This document shows, piece after piece, positions 28,504 through 36,242 of a stretch of DNA of 58,798 nucleotides (position 1 is the stretch's first letter; each line of letters begins with the position of its first letter). The stretch lies in IMG/VR virus record IMGVR_UViG_3300031939_000002, positions 1 through 58,798 of that record. The stretch is one strand, 5' to 3'. The DNA comes from a virus (taxonomy: Duplodnaviria; Caudoviricetes). The position numbers and the translations under genes are program-made. Under the pieces are notes generated by a model that saw only the letters and a program-made list of their open reading frames with translations, was not told the DNA's origin and ran no database searches.

Positions 28504-28610
28504 TGCGTCCCCCTGCTGTCGCACCTGGTGTGCGACGTCTCGCGGCCGTCGCGCGGCGGCGTCTCGTTCGTGGTCGGGTGGGTGGGCGTGGTGTCGCGCG
28601 TCGCGCGGTC
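28100..28610. repeat. Dense cluster of GTCGC/GTCTC short motifs in both orientations
   Basis: e.g. cgtctcgtgcgacgtctcgttcctgtcgcgcgactgtcgcgcgacgctgtctcg from 28438; gcgacgtctcg three times. Confidence 0.65.
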
Positions 28611-28766
28611 GGCGGGGCAGAGGTCGCCGGCCTCATCGCACCGCCAGCCGTGTCGAATGCGGGCCGCCCGGCGGGCGTGGGCGGCATGGCGGGTCCCCTC
28701 AACGGTGACCTTGGCGCGGCAGCCGCGGCGGTCGCAGAACAGGGTGTGGGCGTAGCCGATCGCCAT
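28500..28766 (-). CDS. Hypothetical zinc-binding protein
   Basis: FCDRRGC..GWRC..DLCP. Confidence 0.65.
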   Translation of the reverse strand: MAIGYAHTLFCDRRGCRAKVTVEGTRHAAHARRAARIRHGWRCDEAGDLCPADRATRDTTPTHPTTNETPPRDGRETSHTRCDSRGTQ

Positions 28767-29467
28767 TACGAGCCCCCGGTGGCGGAGTCGGTCCAGCCGT
28801 CGGCCCAGTCCTCTGCCGTCAGCGACACGACGTGGGACCGGGCGCGGTCCCGGGTGCGTGAGCTCGCCAGGCGCAGCCAGCCGATCGCGGTCCGGTCGCC
28901 GGTGTCCGGGTGCGTGGATACGGCGTCGCAGCGGTAGATCCAGCTGCCGTCCGTGTACGTGTGGCCGGGCTGGAAGAAGTGCGGCGGGGCCGGAGTGGAC
29001 TCGCCGGCGGGCGGCTGGTCGCCGTCGCTGGTGTCCTTCTCCGGTCCCCCGGCGCTGGCGTGGGCCTGTACCCGCGCCCGGCAGTCCTGCCAGGCCTGCG
29101 CGTACGAGCCGGCGTACAGCGTGCCCTGCAGGTACTCCGGCAGCGTCATCGTCGCCAGGTCCTCGTCGATCTCCTTCAGGACCGCGAGACGGTCCAGGCG
29201 GCGCAGCTCGGCGACGATGGTCTCGGTGGCCGGCATTCCCGTGTCCACGAAGGAGACGTCGGGGTCGATGAGGGCGGCCGTCCACACCGACCAGCCCTTC
29301 GCGGCGCCGACCTCGCGGATGCACTGTGCCCAGCGGATGCGCTGTGCCCAGTGGCGGTCACGCTGCGCGCCTTCCTCGGCGACGACGCCGGCGAGGATCT
29401 CGCGGGCGATCTGCGCGCTGTATCCGGCGTTGGTCAGGGACGTCACAGCGTCGTCGCGTGCGCTCAC
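28766..29467 (-). CDS. Hypothetical phage protein
   Basis: MSARDDAV..FFQPGHTY. Confidence 0.65.
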   Translation of the reverse strand: MSARDDAVTSLTNAGYSAQIAREILAGVVAEEGAQRDRHWAQRIRWAQCIREVGAAKGWSVWTAALIDPDVSFVDTGMPATETIVAELRRLDRLAVLKEIDEDLATMTLPEYLQGTLYAGSYAQAWQDCRARVQAHASAGGPEKDTSDGDQPPAGESTPAPPHFFQPGHTYTDGSWIYRCDAVSTHPDTGDRTAIGWLRLASSRTRDRARSHVVSLTAEDWADGWTDSATGGS

Positions 29468-29835
29468 GGCAGCTCTCCGTTCTCGTCCCGGTCGAGGGCT
29501 TCGCGGTCCTCGCAGTCGGGGCAACCGCAGTTGGTCCACGAGCCGTCGATGAACTCGGCGTGGCAGCCGCCGTCGTCGGGTTCGTCGTCGATCAGCTGCC
29601 CATCGGCGGCGCGTGTCGGCGCGTACGGGGCACGGCGGGCGACGGTCGAGCCGTCCCGGCCGCACTGGGGGTGCAGGCATCGGGTGACCGTGCTCCCGTG
29701 GGGGCGGTACCACTGTCCGGCGCAGTGCGGGCAGAACATCAGGTCCTGCTGGTTGTGGTCGTGGGGGCAGCCGCAGGCGTCCGCAGCGCCCCCGCACTTC
29801 GGGTTCGAGCAGAAGTCGCTCGGGTCGGTGGCCAT
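29464..29835 (-). CDS. Hypothetical Cys-rich protein
   Basis: Multiple CxxC; WTNCGCPDC. Confidence 0.65.
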   Translation of the reverse strand: MATDPSDFCSNPKCGGAADACGCPHDHNQQDLMFCPHCAGQWYRPHGSTVTRCLHPQCGRDGSTVARRAPYAPTRAADGQLIDDEPDDGGCHAEFIDGSWTNCGCPDCEDREALDRDENGELP

Positions 29836-30215
29836 CAGGTGCCTCCGCCGGGCAGTTCGATGAGCGCGGGGTCCCAGCCGTCCGGCAGCAGCTTGGCCAG
29901 GACGTCGGTCAGCCAGTCGGGCCGGATCGCCTCGGGCCGGTATCCGTCGCCTCGGGCTTGCTGCCATCCGCCCGAGGTGATCCGCTGGCCGGCGGCGCGG
30001 GACTTCAGGCGGCGGGGACCGGTGACTCCGGCGTACGCGCGTTCGCGGAGGCCGCCGGGCACGCCCTCCTCGCGCCGCAGGTGCAGCTCGACGAGCGCGG
30101 GGATGACGACGCGTCCGGTGATGGGGTCCGTGAGGTCCGGGCGGCCGATAACCGGGACGACCCGCTGAACGACAGTGACCCGGGTGAAGACGCTGGGAAG
30201 GAGCAGGTCACTCAT
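29835..30215 (-). CDS. Hypothetical protein
   Basis: GPRRLKS motif; coupled. Confidence 0.65.
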   Translation of the reverse strand: MSDLLLPSVFTRVTVVQRVVPVIGRPDLTDPITGRVVIPALVELHLRREEGVPGGLRERAYAGVTGPRRLKSRAAGQRITSGGWQQARGDGYRPEAIRPDWLTDVLAKLLPDGWDPALIELPGGGT

Positions 30216-30474
30216 CGGTCGCGCCGCCGTCCGCGGGCTGTACGGCAAGGGTCCTGGTCCAGTCCCGCCACACGTCAGTGCTCATGCCGGGCTCGCATCC
30301 GTCCACCGGCGCCGACGTGGCGGTGACCGCGACGTGGGCGAGCAGAGCGTGGCCGATGGCGGCGGAGGCGAGGGCATTGCCCGTGACCGGGTCCGCGCCG
30401 TCACCGTAGGTGTAGTGGTAGGCCTGCTTCAGCAGGCGCTCAGCCTCGCGGTAGTGCTCGGGTCCGGTAGCCAT
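30208..30474 (-). CDS. Hypothetical protein
   Basis: MATGPEHYREAERLL. Confidence 0.7.
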   Translation of the reverse strand: MATGPEHYREAERLLKQAYHYTYGDGADPVTGNALASAAIGHALLAHVAVTATSAPVDGCEPGMSTDVWRDWTRTLAVQPADGGATDE

Positions 30475-31055
30475 CAGGCGGACGCTCCCTTCGTGGCCTC
30501 TCGCGGCGTGCAGCGGGGCGCGCCGGGGCAGGGGCCGAAGCCGTCGTGCTGGGAGCACTGGAGTTGCGACGGGTACGGGCCGCCGTCCTTGGCCGGGTCG
30601 ATGTGGTCGGCGCTGTCGATGTGGCCCTGGACGTAGTCCGTGGACACCGGGCTGCCGGGGATGTCGGCGTCATCGACGCGCTCGCGCGCGTCCTGCGCCG
30701 CTTCCTTCACGGCCTGGCCGCCGATGGCCTGCTGGTAGCGCAGGTAGGTGTCCTCGGCGAGGATGCGGCGCAGGTGCTGGTCGATCTCGGCCGGGGTGGC
30801 GTCGAAGCGTCCGGGAAGGGTGACCGGCGGGGTCTGCGGCCTCTGCTGGTTGGCGCGGGCCACCCAGGAGCCGATGGTGGCGACGGCCGACCACTCCCAC
30901 TGGGCGAGCCAGGCGATGACGCTGTTGTCGTGCTGGCCGAGGTCGACGCCGGCGGCGGCGAGGACGTCGCGGAGCGCGGCGGCTTGCGCGTCGGCCAGGT
31001 AGAAGCCGGCGGGCGGCTGTTCGGCGGGCCCGGCCGGGATGTCGGTGAGGGTCAT
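30474..31055 (-). CDS. Hypothetical protein
   Basis: 193 aa, GGAGG RBS. Confidence 0.65.
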   Translation of the reverse strand: MTLTDIPAGPAEQPPAGFYLADAQAAALRDVLAAAGVDLGQHDNSVIAWLAQWEWSAVATIGSWVARANQQRPQTPPVTLPGRFDATPAEIDQHLRRILAEDTYLRYQQAIGGQAVKEAAQDARERVDDADIPGSPVSTDYVQGHIDSADHIDPAKDGGPYPSQLQCSQHDGFGPCPGAPRCTPREATKGASA

Positions 31056-31093
31056 GGGGTGGTGCCTCCCCTGCGGTGCGTGTGGTCGTGGTG

Positions 31094-31468
31094 TCAGTCG
31101 TCGAACCCGGGCAGGCCCTGGGTGTCCAAGCCCATGGGGGCGGTCGCGGCGTGCACGCGGTCGATGGCCTGGGCGAGCTGCTCGGCGGCCTGGACGGCGG
31201 CGTCCAGGGTCTGCTGCAGGTGTTGCACGGCCCGGTGGGCGTCGTTGCCACCGTCGATGAGGAGGCGGCCCAGCCGGTGCGTGTGCTGCGCCGGCAGGGC
31301 GGACTGCTCGATGGCCTGGGGCAGCATGCGGATCAGGTGGGCGAGCTGTCCCACTGCACGGTAGGAGTGCGGGGGGAACTGCCAGTCCTGACCGGTGTTG
31401 ATCGTCGCGTGGTTGAACGCCCGTACGTGGTCCGCGGCCTGGGACATTTCCCGGTCGGGTGTCGTCAT
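31094..31468 (-). CDS. Hypothetical protein
   Basis: AADHVRAFNHAT. Confidence 0.65.
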   Translation of the reverse strand: MTTPDREMSQAADHVRAFNHATINTGQDWQFPPHSYRAVGQLAHLIRMLPQAIEQSALPAQHTHRLGRLLIDGGNDAHRAVQHLQQTLDAAVQAAEQLAQAIDRVHAATAPMGLDTQGLPGFDD

Positions 31469-31562
31469 CGGTCTCTCCGGTGGCGGGTTGGGGCTCGGCG
31501 GCGGGGCGCGAGTCGGTGCGCGATGCGCGGTCGCATGTCCAGCCGCCGGGCGGTCAGTGGGC

Positions 31563-31985
31563 TCAGGACGTGGGGCGCAGCCGGTATGGCCCAGCCAGGC
31601 GAGTCCTGCAGGTCTGGTTGTTCTTCGCGGGTTCGACGCGGAGAGCGAAACGGTCGCCGTGGCACTCGTCGACCGGCACCCAGAAGAAAGCGTTGGTGTC
31701 GGGGTGATAGGCGACGAAGGCTTCGATCTGCCCGTGGTACCGGGTCTTCTTTCCGGACAACGGGTGGATGCTCGACGTGTTGAACTCGATCGTTCCGGCT
31801 CTGAAGCCGTTCCGAGCGGTCTTCACCTGGACGCGGTACAGCTGCCGCGAGTCGTCCACGATCATGTCGTAGCGGGCGTTGTCGCCGAAGGGGAGCGAGA
31901 CGCGGTAGCCGTACTCGATGAGCTTCGCGAGAACTATGACTTCGGTCAGCTCACCACGTGCCTTGGGGCTGAGTTTCTTCTCCAC
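31563..31985 (-). CDS. PD-(D/E)XK endonuclease, I-Ssp6803I / group-I-intron-associated type
   Basis: KARGELTE..GYRVSLPFGDNARYDMIVD..RVQVKT..Y..IEAFVAY..FFWVPV. Confidence 0.85.
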   Translation of the reverse strand: MEKKLSPKARGELTEVIVLAKLIEYGYRVSLPFGDNARYDMIVDDSRQLYRVQVKTARNGFRAGTIEFNTSSIHPLSGKKTRYHGQIEAFVAYHPDTNAFFWVPVDECHGDRFALRVEPAKNNQTCRTRLAGPYRLRPTS

Positions 31986-31986
31986 G

Positions 31987-32060
31987 TAGTGCTGACAGGA
32001 CTCGAACCTGCGACACGACCCTTATAAGTGAGTCTGCTCTGCCAACTGAGCTACAGCACC
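31987..32060 (-). tRNA. tRNA gene, Ile(UAU)-like, 8-nt anticodon loop, no encoded CCA
   Basis: GGTGCTG TA GCTC AGTTGGCA GAGC A GACTC ACTTATAA GGGTC GTGTC GCAGG TTCGAGT CCTGT CAGCACT A folds as a cloverleaf; isotype uncertain. Confidence 0.85.
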
Positions 32061-32077
32061 TTGGTGTTGAGTTGTGC

Positions 32078-32150
32078 GGGCCGCGCCCCGCCGGGGCGTG
32101 CGGGGCGCGGCCCTGGGTGGCGGCCGGCCGGGGGGTAGCCGGGCCGCCGG
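32078..32150. terminator. GC-rich hairpins upstream of the tRNA
   Basis: gggccgcgccccgc / gcggggcgcggccc perfect 14-bp inverted repeat, plus a second ggcggcc..ggccgcc hairpin. Confidence 0.55.
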
Positions 32151-32152
32151 TC

Positions 32153-32380
32153 TCAGGTGAAGACGGGGAAGTTGAAGGTGACGTCGTCGCCGTGCTGGTT
32201 GGTGACGGCGATGCCCCAGACGTCTCCGCGGTCGGCCTGCCGGTTGAGGATTCGGCCGATGGTGGCGACTCCGCGTTCGGTGACGGTGCGGGTCTGGCGT
32301 CCGTCGCTGTTGTGGAAGCTGATCGTGAAGGCCTTCGTGAAGCGGCCGGTGCGCCGGTCGCGGAGGGGGGTGGTTGTCAT
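32153..32380 (-). CDS. Hypothetical protein
   Basis: MTTTPLRDRRTGRF; AGGAG RBS. Confidence 0.65.
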   Translation of the reverse strand: MTTTPLRDRRTGRFTKAFTISFHNSDGRQTRTVTERGVATIGRILNRQADRGDVWGIAVTNQHGDDVTFNFPVFT

Positions 32381-32394
32381 GGGGTGCGTTCTCC

Positions 32395-32640
32395 TCACGA
32401 GCAGGCGGCGGAGCGGGTGATGGATTCCCGGCGGGCGTGGTACGGGCCGGACCGCTCGCGCCAGGGGTCGATGAGCGCGAAGCGCACGTCGGCGAGGCCG
32501 AGGGCGTCGATGGCGCGGCAGATGTGGCAGGGGCAGGGGATGGCGAGCCACAGGCCGTGGGATGCCTGGATGCTGCCGTGGTAGAGGACGAGGTCGCCGG
32601 GTTCGATCAGTTCTGCGGAGCGGAAGAGCGTGTCCGCCAC
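32395..32640 (-). CDS. Hypothetical protein
   Basis: GDLVLYHGSI..CPCHIC; GGAGG RBS. Confidence 0.7.
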   Translation of the reverse strand: MADTLFRSAELIEPGDLVLYHGSIQASHGLWLAIPCPCHICRAIDALGLADVRFALIDPWRERSGPYHARRESITRSAACS

Positions 32641-32692
32641 GGCTACCTCCCCACGGGTGGCGGGTCTGGGCGAGTCCCTGACCCCTGCTTCG

Positions 32693-32721
32693 AGAGTACG
32701 AGAATGTACTACTAACCACAA
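32693..32721 (-). promoter_or_regulatory. Candidate promoter in AT-rich gap
   Basis: TTGTGG-17 bp-TACTCT on - strand. Confidence 0.4.
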
Positions 32722-32823
32722 GGTTTCAGTCACACTTTCTTTGACAACTGCCGCCATACTCGCGCCCATTGATCGTTTTCACCCCGGCGCGGGCAGGGCC
32801 TCGCCGCGCCGGAGCATCTGCGG

Positions 32824-33390
32824 TCACGAGACGCGGGACTCCGTGAGCAGGTAGAGGCGCTGGCCCTCGTACCGGGCCGGCGCGCCCGTGTCGCCGTCCA
32901 CGCATTCGTCGTTGACGCACCAGGCGCGCGGCCGGTCGTCGTCGGCCCGGCCGTACACGGTGCGTAGTCCGCATGCCAGGCACAGGGCGTGCCGGAAGTG
33001 GACGGACGGGCCGCGCAGGCCGAGGACGGTGAGGAAAGTGCCGTGCCAGCGGCCGACGATGCGCCGCACCTCTGCCTCCCGGTTGGCGTTCTCCGCGCCA
33101 GGCGGGATCGCCCTCAGCGCGCGCGCCCACGGCTGGATGCGGACCGAGCCGCGCAGGTCGGCGTCGAGGCGTACCGCGTCCGTCTTGATGCGCTGGGACC
33201 AGGACATGGCCTCTAGCGACGTCGGCGGGCGGGAGCCGGGCGGGGCGTGCCCGCCGGCAGCCGCAGGCCGGGTGCGCAGCGCAAGGTCGTCCATGCGGTG
33301 GATGAGGCCGGGGCCGCCGTCGCCGGGGTACGTCTCGTCGCCGGTGTACCGGTCGAGGAGGTCGGCGATCAGGTCGTCAAGCGTCTGCAC
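32824..33390 (-). CDS. Hypothetical zinc-ribbon protein
   Basis: PGSRPP..CLACG..AWCVNDEC. Confidence 0.7.
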   Translation of the reverse strand: MQTLDDLIADLLDRYTGDETYPGDGGPGLIHRMDDLALRTRPAAAGGHAPPGSRPPTSLEAMSWSQRIKTDAVRLDADLRGSVRIQPWARALRAIPPGAENANREAEVRRIVGRWHGTFLTVLGLRGPSVHFRHALCLACGLRTVYGRADDDRPRAWCVNDECVDGDTGAPARYEGQRLYLLTESRVS

Positions 33391-34117
33391 TGTGATCGCC
33401 TCCCTCTCCTTCGGCTGCCTCTGCGTCTGGATCGAGCGGGTAGTTGGATCCATCGCCGACGGCATCGGCAGCTTCGGCGGCGCGCTCGGCGACGTCGTAG
33501 CCCAGGTACGCCGTGCCCCGGCCGAGGACGGCTCGGGCGGCTTCGCTCAGAGCTGGGGCGTCGGCGGCTGCGGTGGGCGTCCCCGCTACCTCGGCGACGA
33601 TGCGCGCCAGTTCCTCGATCAGCCAGGTGGGCACCAGCTGGTCCCCGGGCCACTCGACTCGTGCGCCGTGGTAGCCCTTCCGCAGCTCTTCCATCGACGA
33701 TGCGACCGTGGCGAAGCCGTACTCGGGGTCGTCGAGGAGGCAGATGCGGCCGGAGGGGAACTCGGCGCCGTCGAGATACCGGCCGTTGTGGTGCAGGCGG
33801 AAGCCGCGGGTGAAGGAAGGTCTCATCCGGTTCTCTTTCGCTTTGCGGGCTCGCCAGACGCGCAGGCACCAGCCGCACACGTCCCCGGCCTCTGGGTACA
33901 GGTGGCCGATGCCCGCGCGGGGCTGCTTGCCGGCGGGCAGCGATCGGCGCAGGGCGGGGCAGGTCGGATAGACGTGGTCAGCGACGTCGCCGAGGTACCA
34001 GGGGCGTATGGCGTTCTCCGGGCCGTACCGGTCGCGGTGGGTGGCATCGGCGATGGCGAGTGCGGTCTCCAGGACCGTCGGGTGCTGGGCGATCACGTCG
34101 GCGGGGTGCGCGGTCAT
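33377..34117 (-). CDS. Hypothetical protein (possibly two genes fused in frame)
   Basis: MTAHPADV..VCGWC..ENR then MRPSFTRGF from internal ATG at 33826. Confidence 0.55.
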   Translation of the reverse strand: MTAHPADVIAQHPTVLETALAIADATHRDRYGPENAIRPWYLGDVADHVYPTCPALRRSLPAGKQPRAGIGHLYPEAGDVCGWCLRVWRARKAKENRMRPSFTRGFRLHHNGRYLDGAEFPSGRICLLDDPEYGFATVASSMEELRKGYHGARVEWPGDQLVPTWLIEELARIVAEVAGTPTAAADAPALSEAARAVLGRGTAYLGYDVAERAAEAADAVGDGSNYPLDPDAEAAEGEGGDHSADA

Positions 34118-34317
34118 CGGCCGCACCTCACGCAGAGCCGAGGGGCCAGGTCCAGGCAGACGATGCAGTCGACGTCCTCTTCCTCGGTGGCCCAGCTGAA
34201 GCCGGCGACATCGGCGCCGCACAGGGCCACGTCGTCGTTGCACGGACACACCGCGTGCGTGAGGGAGTCGTCAGAGTCCTGTCCGGGAGCGGCCTGTTCC
34301 GGGGCAAGGGTGGTCAC
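34114..34317 (-). CDS. Small zinc-binding hypothetical protein
   Basis: HAVCPC..ALCG..CIVC..CVRC. Confidence 0.7.
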   Translation of the reverse strand: MTTLAPEQAAPGQDSDDSLTHAVCPCNDDVALCGADVAGFSWATEEEDVDCIVCLDLAPRLCVRCGR

Positions 34318-36242
34318 CGCTTCTCCCCCTTCGGCGCGAGCGGCTCGCTGCTCCGGTTGGGGCAGGTGTCCCAGTGCATGCCGGTGTCAGACCACGTGCC
34401 GCAGCCGCCGAGGTCGCCCGTGCAGGAGCCGGGGTTGCGATGGCAGAGGGCACACCGTTCGAAGCCGTGGGCCGAGCAGCGGGCGCCGGCCTCAGGAAAG
34501 CACAGGCCGTCGTGCTCCCCACACGCGGCGGGCTGCTCGGTGCCGTCCAGAGCGGCGCGCAGTCGATCAGCGATCGCTCGCACGGCGTGGGTCGCCACTG
34601 CGGGGCCAGACTGCGCGATGACCTTCTCGACGTAGCTCGGCACCGTGCGCACGCGCTCGGTGGTGGCCTCGGCCTGCTTGGCCTGCTTGTGTGCGGTGTC
34701 GGCGTCGCGGATCTCGGCTTCGGCCAGGTCCCGGAGCGCAGCGACTTCGCCCGGGGTGAGGTTGGCCCGGTCGGCGCGGGCGAGCAGGTTGCGCAGCCGC
34801 GCGCGGCGAACGGTGCGCGCTTCGTCCTCGTCGGCGGCTGGCGCCGGGCGCATGTCAGCGGGGTACTGGGTGCAGCCGCCGCAGATGCCGCCGATGACCG
34901 GGCCCTCTGGGTGCTGCGCGCACGGCCCGGTCATCTCCCGTACGGCCACGTCAGCGAGCGCGTCGAGCGCCTCGCGGGCGGTCGGGCTCATGCCGGAGTC
35001 GCCGTGCACGGATACGGCAGACCGCACCTCGCCGGCGTACACCGATGCCACGTACCGTTGGCCTCGCCGTACGGCGGCAGTCGGGCTCTCGCGGAGCGTG
35101 CCGTCGCTGGCCGGGTAGACCGCGATGGTGTCGGACCAGTGGAAGCCGCTCTCGTCGATGTGGTCGCCGCGGTGCTGCGCGGCGCGGATGCACTGGCGCG
35201 CGCTGTCGGTGAAGCCGTGGTGCTGAGCGGAGCACTCGGCAGCGGGCGGCAGGGGCTCTGAGGGGGCGCCAGTGCAAGCCTCACCGGCCCAGAACCTATG
35301 CGCAAGCTCGCAGCGGCGGCATGTCAGGCCGGACAGCGGCGTCCTGTGGTGCCAGTCGTGATCCTTGTCATCGAGGAGCTGCGGCGCCCACCGGGCGGCG
35401 ACTGCGCGCACGCGCTCGATGGCGGCCTGCGCCTGCTCCAACTCGGCGAGCACGACGGCCCGCTGGTCGCGATCCCGTTGAACTCCTTCGGCGCGCTTGC
35501 CCGCATCAACCACGCGACCGTTGACCGTGATGTCCCGGCCGCGGGTGTCGACGCCGACGTGCTCCAGCAGTCCGCGGATGCCGGTGACGCCCTCGCAGGT
35601 GCTGGTGCAGGTGTGCTCGGTCGCTTCGGTCGCTCGGGGGGTCGGCGCGGGGGGCTCGTCATCCAACTCGTCGCGGAGTTCGGCGCCGGCGGCCCGTACG
35701 AGGAACATCGACGTCCCGTGCGCGGCCTCCCAGCGGTCGGCCAGCTGGTATGCCCGGCCGGCAGCGGCCCGCGCGCGGTCCCGCTGCTCCAGCAGCTGGC
35801 CGACAGTCGGCATCACGGCCTCGACGATCCGCCCGTCGCCGACCTGCACGGGCGCTGCTTCGCCGTCCTGCACCGCTTGAACCGCAGCTTCCAGCTGCCG
35901 GTGCAGGTGTGCGCGTTCCGCCTCGGGCCCGCACATGTCCGCCGGGACCGCGAACGCGTTGACGACGCTGGTGAGGACCTGGCGGCGTAGCTTGTCCTCG
36001 TCGGTCCAGACGATGCGGGTGGCGCCGCCGTGACCGTGGATTTTCGTGATCGGGCCTGTGCCCTTGTGGTGCCAGACGTCCGTTTTCGGTTCGTGCATGG
36101 GGGGCTGGTCGAGCCAGTGGGTGACGACCCAGCCGTCGGAGAACTGGGCTCCCTCGGCGATGACTCCTTCGCCGGAGATGCCGCTGACGTCGTGGTCGCG
36201 GACGAGGTGGAACGTGGTCAGGGTGGGGCGGGCGCTGTTCAT
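34314..36242 (-). CDS. Large mosaic hypothetical protein
   Basis: MNSARPTLTTFHLVRDHDVSGISGEGVIAEGAQFSDG; several Cys/His modules; ATG overlaps GT2 stop. Confidence 0.7.
   Translation of the reverse strand: MNSARPTLTTFHLVRDHDVSGISGEGVIAEGAQFSDGWVVTHWLDQPPMHEPKTDVWHHKGTGPITKIHGHGGATRIVWTDEDKLRRQVLTSVVNAFAVPADMCGPEAERAHLHRQLEAAVQAVQDGEAAPVQVGDGRIVEAVMPTVGQLLEQRDRARAAAGRAYQLADRWEAAHGTSMFLVRAAGAELRDELDDEPPAPTPRATEATEHTCTSTCEGVTGIRGLLEHVGVDTRGRDITVNGRVVDAGKRAEGVQRDRDQRAVVLAELEQAQAAIERVRAVAARWAPQLLDDKDHDWHHRTPLSGLTCRRCELAHRFWAGEACTGAPSEPLPPAAECSAQHHGFTDSARQCIRAAQHRGDHIDESGFHWSDTIAVYPASDGTLRESPTAAVRRGQRYVASVYAGEVRSAVSVHGDSGMSPTAREALDALADVAVREMTGPCAQHPEGPVIGGICGGCTQYPADMRPAPAADEDEARTVRRARLRNLLARADRANLTPGEVAALRDLAEAEIRDADTAHKQAKQAEATTERVRTVPSYVEKVIAQSGPAVATHAVRAIADRLRAALDGTEQPAACGEHDGLCFPEAGARCSAHGFERCALCHRNPGSCTGDLGGCGTWSDTGMHWDTCPNRSSEPLAPKGEKR

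Noticed and set aside
31987-32060. bldA-like tRNA-Leu(UAA) or ochre suppressor
   Set aside because: No long variable arm; the U33/purine-37 register favours UAU; UAA lies at the loop's 3' edge.
31563-32060. Group I intron in the tRNA
   Set aside because: The tRNA is contiguous, the nuclease lies outside it, and no P/Q/R/S core was seen.
32741-32760. + strand promoter TTGACA...CATACT
   Set aside because: Spacer far too short and no downstream + strand gene.
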